From positions 1-20,333 of the IMG/VR virus record IMGVR_UViG_2778261452_000004: a stretch of 20,333 bases of DNA, one strand, 5' to 3'. The notes beneath the pieces were generated by a model. That model was not told the DNA's origin. It made no database searches and saw only the letters and a program-made list of their open reading frames with translations. The position numbers were made by a program, and so were the translations under genes. The stretch's first letter is position 1. The number at the start of each line of letters is the position of its first letter. Positions 14,293-20,333 of this stretch are shown here, in pieces. This DNA comes from a virus (lineage: Duplodnaviria; Heunggongvirae; Uroviricota; Caudoviricetes).

Positions 14293-14422
14293 TTTGTGAT
14301 GCGGTGAATGCGGCTAAGCGCACGCGGAACAGTTAAAAGCATCAGTGTTATGGGTGGATTATCCGGCGTTAATTGTTAACTGGTTAACGTCACCTGGAGG
14401 CACCAGGCACCGCATCACAAAA
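14293..14422. repeat. Pair of perfect 15-bp inverted repeats bracketing about 100 bp upstream of kilR, with nested GTTAAC palindromes
   Basis: Seen directly: ttttgtgatgcggtg (14293-14307) and its exact reverse complement caccgcatcacaaaa (14408-14422); between them cgttaattgttaactggttaacg. Confidence 0.4.
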
Positions 14423-14443
14423 CTCATTGTTGAGGGCGCGATA

Positions 14444-14632
14444 ATGAAAACGTTATTACCAAACGTTAATACGTCTGAAGGTTGTTTTGAAATTGGTGTC
14501 ACTATCAGTAATCCTGTATTTACTGAAGAGGCCATTAACAAAAGAAAACACGAACGAGAGTTATTAAATAAAGTATGCATTGTTTCAATGCTGGCCCGTT
14601 TACGTCTGATGCCAAAAGGATGTGCACAATGA
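14444..14632 (+). CDS. kilR: KilR-like small protein (Rac Kil, FtsZ inhibitor family), 62 aa
   Basis: Track ORF 14345..14632 trimmed to ATG at 14444 (GAGGG upstream); position immediately 5' of recE side genes as in Rac; sequence recognised from memory with moderate certainty. Confidence 0.55.
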   Translation: MKTLLPNVNTSEGCFEIGVTISNPVFTEEAINKRKHERELLNKVCIVSMLARLRLMPKGCAQ

Positions 14633-14820
14633 ATCCAGTATTTGCACTTATTCTGACGGTTTTTCTTGTTTCCGGAGAGCCAGTTGATATTGCAGTCAGT
14701 GTTCACAGAACAATGCAGGAATGTATGGCAGCAGCAACCGAACAGAAAATTCCAGGCAACTGTTATCCGGTCGATAAAGTTATTCACCAGGATAATAACG
14801 AAATCCCGGCAGGATTTTAA
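14629..14820 (+). CDS. Small protein with hydrophobic N-terminus, 63 aa
   Basis: Track ORF 14575..14820 trimmed to ATG at 14629, overlapping the kilR stop (ATGA); occupies the ydaE/racC position of Rac but was not recognised as either. Confidence 0.45.
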   Translation: MNPVFALILTVFLVSGEPVDIAVSVHRTMQECMAAATEQKIPGNCYPVDKVIHQDNNEIPAGF

Positions 14821-14913
14821 AACAGCACCGTAATAAATATCCAGTTTCATTCTTATATGTCAGCAATGGCAGAGATTTGTTCACCCTTAAATCTGTGATG
14901 AGGTTTATCAATA

Positions 14914-17547
14914 ATGAGCACTGATAAAGAAGAATTTGCACTATATTGCGAAGCAAAAAATGACAAAGTAAGAAAACGCCTAGGAATTAAAGGTGGTTTT
15001 TACTGGACTACAGCAAAAAAATTATCTGTTGCAATCTCCCGCTGCATTACCGCAATGGATGACAACGATTATGATGAAGACGACTTTAAAAAACCCGTCC
15101 GCGTCAATTTGCCCGTTGTTGACGACCTTCCGCCAGAAGGCGTGTTTGATACTGAATTCTGCAACCGCTATGAAAAAGGCGGGAAAGATGGCATCACAAT
15201 GACATTTATCGGCCCTTCCCCCTCTGTTCAAGACAAATCAGCCAGCACTGATAATACCAACATCAACGGCGAAGACATGACTGAGATTGAGGAGAGCATG
15301 CTTCTACCTGTCTCCGGTCAGGAACTGCCCATTCGTTGGCTTGCTCAACACGGCAGCGAAAAACCAGTAACGCACGTTTCACGCGACGAACTCCAGGCAT
15401 TACACATTGCACGGGCTGAAGAACTACCGGCTGTTACTGCCCTGGCTGTTTCCCACAAAACCAGCCTGCTCGACCCGCTGGAAATTCGCGAACTCCACAA
15501 ACTGGTTCGTGACACTGACAAAGTTTTCCCTAATCCTGGTAATTCAAACCTGGGACTGATAACTGCTTTTTTCGAAGCATACCTGAACGCTGACTACACC
15601 GATCGAGGACTGCTGACAAAAGAGTGGATGAAGGGTAATCGTGTTTCACACATCACTCGCACGGCTTCCGGTGCTAATGCTGGCGGCGGAAACCTCACCG
15701 ATCGCGGCGAAGGTTTCGTACACGATCTGACGTCACTGGCGCGCGACGTAGCCACTGGCGTACTGGCCCGTTCAATGGATCTGGACATCTATAACCTTCA
15801 TCCGGCACACGCTAAACGCATTGAGGAAATTATCGCTGAAAATAAACCGCCCTTTTCTGTTTTCCGCGACAAATTCATCACCATGCCTGGCGGGCTGGAT
15901 TATTCCCGCGCCATCGTGGTTGCGTCCGTAAAAGAAGCACCAATTGGGATCGAGGTCATCCCCGCGCACGTCACTGAATATCTGAACAAAGTACTGACTG
16001 AAACCGATCATGCCAACCCTGATCCGGAAATCGTGGATATTGCCTGCGGTCGCTCCTCTGCCCCGATGCCGCAGCGAGTAACAGAAGAAGGAAAACAGGA
16101 TGATGAAGAAAAACCGCAACCATCTGGAACAACGGCAGTTGAACAGGGAGAGGCTGAAACAATGGAACCGGACGCAACTGAACATCATCAGGACACGCAG
16201 CCGCTGGATGCTCAGTCACAGGTAAATTCTGTTGATGCGAAATATCAGGAACTGCGGGCAGAACTCCATGAAGCCCGGAAAAACATTCCATCAAAAAATC
16301 CTGTCGATGCCGATAAATTGCTTGCTGCATCACGTGGTGAATTTGTTGACGGAATTTGCGACCCGAACGATCCGAAATGGGTAAAGGGGATCCAGACTCG
16401 CGATTGTGTGTACCAGAACCAGCCAGAAACGGAAAAAACCAGCCCAGATATGAATCAACCTGAGCCAGTAGTGCAACAGGAACCGGAAATAGCCTGCAAT
16501 GCCTGCGGCCAGACTGGCGGGGATAACTGCCCTGACTGTGGTGCGGTGATGGGCGACGCAACATACCAGGAAACATTCGATGAAGAGAGTCAGGTTGAAG
16601 CTAAGGAAAATGATCCGGAGGAAATGGAAGGCGCTGAACATCCGCACAATGAGAATGCTGGCAGCGATCCGCATCACGATTGCAGTGATGAAACTGGCGA
16701 AGTCGCAGATCCCGTAATCGTAGAAGACATAGAGCCAGGTATTTATTACGGAATTTCGAATGAGAATTACCACGCGGGTCCCGGTATCAGTAAGTCTCAG
16801 CTCGATGACATTGCTGATACTCCGGCACTATATTTGTGGCGTAAAAATGCCCCCGTGGACACCACAAAGACAAAAACGCTCGATTTAGGAACTGCTTTCC
16901 ACTGCCGGGTACTTGAACCGGAAGAATTCAGTAACCGCTTTATCGTAGCACCTGAATTTAACCGCCGTACAAACGCCGGAAAAGAAGAAGAGAAAGCGTT
17001 TCTGATGGAATGCGCAAGCACAGGAAAAACGGTTATCACTGCGGAAGAAGGCCGGAAAATTGAACTCATGTATCAAAGCGTTATGGCTTTGCCGCTGGGG
17101 CAATGGCTTGTTGAAAGCGCCGGACACGCTGAATCATCAATTTACTGGGAAGATCCTGAAACAGGAATTTTGTGTCGGTGCCGTCCGGACAAAATTATCC
17201 CTGAATTTCACTGGATCATGGACGTGAAAACTACGGCGGATATTCAACGATTCAAAACCGCTTATTACGACTACCGCTATCACGTTCAGGATGCATTCTA
17301 CAGTGACGGTTATGAAGCACAGTTTGGAGTGCAGCCAACTTTCGTTTTTCTGGTTGCCAGCACAACTATTGAATGCGGACGTTATCCGGTTGAAATTTTC
17401 ATGATGGGCGAAGAAGCAAAACTGGCAGGTCAACAGGAATATCACCGCAATCTGCGAACCCTGTCTGACTGCCTGAATACCGATGAATGGCCAGCTATTA
17501 AGACATTATCACTGCCCCGCTGGGCTAAGGAAAATGCAAATGACTAA
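14914..17547 (+). CDS. recE: Exodeoxyribonuclease VIII RecE, 877 aa
   Basis: Full-length track ORF; sequence recognised as Rac RecE (C-terminal nuclease domain); GAGGT ribosome-binding site; overlaps recT start. Confidence 0.95.
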   Translation: MSTDKEEFALYCEAKNDKVRKRLGIKGGFYWTTAKKLSVAISRCITAMDDNDYDEDDFKKPVRVNLPVVDDLPPEGVFDTEFCNRYEKGGKDGITMTFIGPSPSVQDKSASTDNTNINGEDMTEIEESMLLPVSGQELPIRWLAQHGSEKPVTHVSRDELQALHIARAEELPAVTALAVSHKTSLLDPLEIRELHKLVRDTDKVFPNPGNSNLGLITAFFEAYLNADYTDRGLLTKEWMKGNRVSHITRTASGANAGGGNLTDRGEGFVHDLTSLARDVATGVLARSMDLDIYNLHPAHAKRIEEIIAENKPPFSVFRDKFITMPGGLDYSRAIVVASVKEAPIGIEVIPAHVTEYLNKVLTETDHANPDPEIVDIACGRSSAPMPQRVTEEGKQDDEEKPQPSGTTAVEQGEAETMEPDATEHHQDTQPLDAQSQVNSVDAKYQELRAELHEARKNIPSKNPVDADKLLAASRGEFVDGICDPNDPKWVKGIQTRDCVYQNQPETEKTSPDMNQPEPVVQQEPEIACNACGQTGGDNCPDCGAVMGDATYQETFDEESQVEAKENDPEEMEGAEHPHNENAGSDPHHDCSDETGEVADPVIVEDIEPGIYYGISNENYHAGPGISKSQLDDIADTPALYLWRKNAPVDTTKTKTLDLGTAFHCRVLEPEEFSNRFIVAPEFNRRTNAGKEEEKAFLMECASTGKTVITAEEGRKIELMYQSVMALPLGQWLVESAGHAESSIYWEDPETGILCRCRPDKIIPEFHWIMDVKTTADIQRFKTAYYDYRYHVQDAFYSDGYEAQFGVQPTFVFLVASTTIECGRYPVEIFMMGEEAKLAGQQEYHRNLRTLSDCLNTDEWPAIKTLSLPRWAKENAND

Positions 17548-18349
17548 GCAACCACCAATCGCAAAAGCCGATCTGCAAAAAACTCAGGGAAACCGTGCAC
17601 CAGCAGCAGTTAAAAATAGCGACGTGATTAGTTTTATTAACCAGCCATCAATGAAAGAGCAACTGGCAGCAGCTCTTCCACGCCATATGACGGCTGAACG
17701 TATGATCCGTATCGCCACTACAGAAATTCGTAAAGTTCCGGCGTTAGGAAACTGTGACACTATGAGTTTTGTCAGTGCGATCGTACAGTGTTCACAGCTC
17801 GGACTTGAGCCAGGTAGCGCCCTCGGTCATGCATATTTACTGCCTTTTGGTAATAAAAACGAAAAGAGCGGTAAAAAGAACGTTCAGCTAATCATTGGCT
17901 ATCGCGGCATGATTGATCTGGCTCGCCGTTCTGGTCAAATCGCCAGCCTGTCAGCCCGTGTTGTCCGTGAAGGTGACGAGTTTAGCTTCGAATTTGGCCT
18001 TGATGAAAAGTTAATACACCGCCCGGGAGAAAACGAAGATGCCCCGGTTACCCACGTCTATGCTGTCGCAAGACTGAAAGACGGAGGTACTCAGTTTGAA
18101 GTTATGACGCGCAAACAGATTGAGCTGGTGCGCAGCCTGAGTAAAGCTGGTAATAACGGGCCGTGGGTAACTCACTGGGAAGAAATGGCAAAGAAAACGG
18201 CTATTCGTCGCCTGTTCAAATATCTGCCCGTATCAATTGAGATCCAGCGTGCAGTATCAATGGATGAAAAGGAACCACTGACAATCGATCCTGCAGATTC
18301 CTCTGTATTAACCGGGGAATACAGTGTAATCGATAATTCAGAGGAATAA
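17540..18349 (+). CDS. recT: Recombinase RecT (single-strand annealing protein), 269 aa
   Basis: Track ORF 17483..18349 trimmed to the [16 protein letters not shown]… start at 17540, which overlaps the recE stop within ATGACTAA. Confidence 0.95.
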   Translation: MTKQPPIAKADLQKTQGNRAPAAVKNSDVISFINQPSMKEQLAAALPRHMTAERMIRIATTEIRKVPALGNCDTMSFVSAIVQCSQLGLEPGSALGHAYLLPFGNKNEKSGKKNVQLIIGYRGMIDLARRSGQIASLSARVVREGDEFSFEFGLDEKLIHRPGENEDAPVTHVYAVARLKDGGTQFEVMTRKQIELVRSLSKAGNNGPWVTHWEEMAKKTAIRRLFKYLPVSIEIQRAVSMDEKEPLTIDPADSSVLTGEYSVIDNSEE

Positions 18350-18405
18350 TTCAGCCTGGCGGTGTAATGCACCGCCAACTTGAAATATTTTTTATGAGAA
18401 AAATT

Positions 18406-18600
18406 ATGAGATATGACAATGTTAAACCATGTCCATTTTGTGGTTGTCCATCAGTAACGGTGAAAGCCATTTCAGGATATTACCGAGCGAAGTGTAACGG
18501 ATGCGAATCCCGAACCGGTTATGGTGGAAGTGAAAAAGAAGCACTCGAAAGATGGAATAAACGAACCACTGGAAATAATAATGGAGGTGTTCATGTATAA
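18406..18600 (+). CDS. ralR: Restriction alleviation protein RalR (Lar), 64 aa
   Basis: MRYDNVKPCPFCGCPSVTVKAISGYYRAKCNGCESRTGYGGSEKEALERWNKRTTGNNNGGVHV recognised as Rac Lar; Cys4 zinc ribbon; track ORF 18367..18600 trimmed to ATG at 18406. Confidence 0.9.
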   Translation: MRYDNVKPCPFCGCPSVTVKAISGYYRAKCNGCESRTGYGGSEKEALERWNKRTTGNNNGGVHV

Positions 18601-18802
18601 AATTACCGCCACTATTGAAAAGGAAGGTGGCACTCCTACTAACTGGACAAGATATTCAAAATCTAAACTAACGAAATCAGAATGCGAAAAAATGCTCTCA
18701 GGTAAAAAAGAAGCAGGCGTTTCCAGAGAGCAGAAAGTAAAACTGATAAATTTTAATTGCGAGAAACTTCAGTCCTCGAGAATTGCATTGTATTCAAATT
18801 AA
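18593..18802 (+). CDS. ydaC: YdaC-like small protein, 69 aa
   Basis: Track ORF 18521..18802 trimmed to ATG at 18593 (GGAGGTG 6 nt upstream), overlapping the ralR stop. Confidence 0.75.
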   Translation: MYKITATIEKEGGTPTNWTRYSKSKLTKSECEKMLSGKKEAGVSREQKVKLINFNCEKLQSSRIALYSN

Positions 18803-18813
18803 AACTTCATAGC

Positions 18814-18829
18814 TGATTATTAATAATCA
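18814..18829. repeat. 16-bp perfect A/T palindrome upstream of xis
   Basis: Seen directly: tgattattaataatca. Confidence 0.3.
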
Positions 18830-18880
18830 ACATCGGGCGTCAATTTCAGTCTAACATTGGCGCCTGCCAGAGGTGATGCG

Positions 18881-19096
18881 ATGGCACAAGTAATCTTTAA
18901 TGAAGAGTGGATGGTTGAATACGGCCTGATGCTTCGCACTGGTCTGGGGGCCAGACAAATTGAAGCATACCGCCAGAACTGTTGGGTGGAGGGCTTCCAC
19001 TTCAAACGAGTATCTCCTTTAGGTAAGCCAGACAGCAAACGAGGGATTATCTGGTACAACTATCCAAAGATAAATCAGTTTATCAAAGACTCATGA
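18881..19096 (+). CDS. xisR: Excisionase (Rac XisR/YdaQ-like), 71 aa
   Basis: Track ORF 18857..19096 trimmed to the [18 protein letters not shown]… start at 18881 (GAGGTG upstream); immediately 5' of the integrase gene. Confidence 0.85.
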   Translation: MAQVIFNEEWMVEYGLMLRTGLGARQIEAYRQNCWVEGFHFKRVSPLGKPDSKRGIIWYNYPKINQFIKDS

Positions 19097-19097
19097 T

Positions 19098-20333
19098 ATG
19101 TCTAAATTACCAACAGGTGTCGAGATTAGAGGTAGATACATTCGCATCTGGTTCATGTTTCGAGGAAAACGATGTCGGGAAACATTAAAAGGCTGGGAGA
19201 TTACAAACAGTAATATTAAAAAGGCCGGAAATTTAAGAGCGCTGATAGTTCATGAAATAAACTCCGGTGAATTTGAGTATTTAAGACGTTTTCCCCAGTC
19301 CAGCACTGGGGCAAAAATGGTGACAACGAGAGTCATAAAAACGTTCGGAGAGCTTTGTGATATCTGGACAAAAATTAAAGAGACAGAGTTAACAACAAAC
19401 ACAATGAAGAAAACGAAATCACAATTAAAAACACTCAGAATAATAATTTGTGAAAGTACCCCGATATCACATATTCGTTATAGCGATATCTTAAACTACC
19501 GGAATGAACTGCTGCATGGAGAAACGCTTTACCTGGATAATCCAAGATCCAACAAAAAAGGAAGAACCGTGCGCACAGTTGATAACTATATCGCCCTGCT
19601 CTGTTCGCTGTTGCGTTTTGCGTATCAGTCGGGATTTATATCAACCAAACCATTTGAAGGAGTAAAAAAATTACAGCGAAACAGAATAAAGCCTGATCCG
19701 TTATCTAAAACAGAATTCAATGCATTAATGGAAAGTGAAAAAGGACAGAGCCAGAACTTGTGGAAATTTGCCGTTTACTCAGGACTTCGTCACGGGGAAC
19801 TGGCAGCTCTGGCGTGGGAGGATGTGGATCTCGAAAAGGGAATAGTGAATGTCAGAAGAAACCTGACGATACTTGATATGTTCGGTCCCCCAAAAACAAA
19901 TGCCGGGATCCGAACAGTAACACTACTGCAGCCTGCTCTTGAAGCACTGAAGGAGCAATACAAACTGACCGGGCATCATCGCAAAAGCGAAATCACCTTT
20001 TATCATCGGGAGTACGGCAGAACCGAAAAGCAAAAACTGCATTTTGTTTTCATGCCCAGGGTGTGTAACGGAAAACAAAAACCTTATTACTCGGTAAGCA
20101 GTTTGGGGGCAAGGTGGAATGCAGCAGTAAAACGTGCTGGTATTCGCCGCCGTAATCCGTACCATACGCGGCATACTTTTGCCTGCTGGCTGTTGACGGC
20201 AGGAGCGAACCCGGCATTTATAGCCAGCCAAATGGGGCATGAAACTGCGCAGATGGTGTATGAAATTTACGGTATGTGGATTGATGACATGAACGACGAA
20301 CAGATAGCCATGTTGAATGCGCGGTTATCGTAG
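19098..20333 (+). CDS. intR: Tyrosine site-specific integrase (Rac IntR-like), 411 aa
   Basis: Full-length track ORF ending with TAG at 20331-20333; C-terminal catalytic segment with conserved R/H-x-x-R/Y context (…HTRHTFACWLL…VYEIYGMW). Confidence 0.95.
   Translation: MSKLPTGVEIRGRYIRIWFMFRGKRCRETLKGWEITNSNIKKAGNLRALIVHEINSGEFEYLRRFPQSSTGAKMVTTRVIKTFGELCDIWTKIKETELTTNTMKKTKSQLKTLRIIICESTPISHIRYSDILNYRNELLHGETLYLDNPRSNKKGRTVRTVDNYIALLCSLLRFAYQSGFISTKPFEGVKKLQRNRIKPDPLSKTEFNALMESEKGQSQNLWKFAVYSGLRHGELAALAWEDVDLEKGIVNVRRNLTILDMFGPPKTNAGIRTVTLLQPALEALKEQYKLTGHHRKSEITFYHREYGRTEKQKLHFVFMPRVCNGKQKPYYSVSSLGARWNAAVKRAGIRRRNPYHTRHTFACWLLTAGANPAFIASQMGHETAQMVYEIYGMWIDDMNDEQIAMLNARLS

Noticed and set aside
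14052-14342. 96-aa minus-strand ORF upstream of sieB
   Set aside because: Overlaps the inverted-repeat regulatory region and the sieB 5' end, basic/Pro-rich composition, no start signal.
14359-14850. 163-aa minus-strand ORF antisense to the kilR region
   Set aside because: Covers the inverted repeats and both small plus-strand genes in antisense; Cys-rich, no ribosome-binding site.
15022-17445. Several minus-strand ORFs inside recE (15022-15231, 15594-15788, 15772-16188, 15971-16576, 16330-16773, 16797-17069, 16885-17127, 17137-17445) and a plus-strand one at 14993-15202
   Set aside because: They lie entirely within the well-supported recE frame, have Cys/Arg/Phe-rich or low-complexity translations typical of shadow frames, and lack ribosome-binding sites.
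18172-20240. Minus-strand ORFs antisense to recT (18172-18378), xis region (18820-19059) and int (19923-20240)
   Set aside because: Antisense shadows of well-supported genes.
1-20333. Search for tRNA, rRNA, CRISPR arrays and IS elements
   Set aside because: No direct-repeat/spacer arrays, no tRNA-like conserved arms and no transposase-like ORFs or terminal inverted repeats were seen; not checked with covariance models.

Overview
This window reads as one lambdoid prophage of the E. coli Rac type, covered almost end to end. Family and gene names are recalled from memory of the protein sequences, not from a search. From the right end leftwards: tyrosine integrase and excisionase, ydaC, ralR (Lar), recT, recE, a small gene, kilR, sieB (opposite strand), ydaF/ydaG, the racR repressor flanked by two clusters of TTAGGC-N3-GCCTAA operator-like palindromes, then divergent ydaS (Cro-like), ydaT, ydaU (with iteron-like repeats inside the gene) and ydaV (DnaC-like loader). 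Further left are a tandem-wHTH protein, three small phage proteins, then an AT-rich accessory island of about 3 kb (5150-8155), then a DLP12-like late region: YbcN-like, YbcO-like, a Q-like antiterminator, a terminator, an AraC-family regulator moron, a lysis cassette (3-TM holin, 2-TM protein, GH108-type endolysin), and bor plus a DUF1398 gene on the other strand. The most interesting content is the island: a convergent, 3'-overlapping gene pair (365-aa 'beta protein'/sce7725-like and 192-aa sce7726-like protein with a PD-(D/E)xK-like D...ExK motif) that I propose as a candidate two-gene anti-phage or abortive-infection module, next to a hok type I toxin locus and a 28-aa hydrophobic peptide ORF. 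No rRNA, tRNA, CRISPR array or IS element was recognised.
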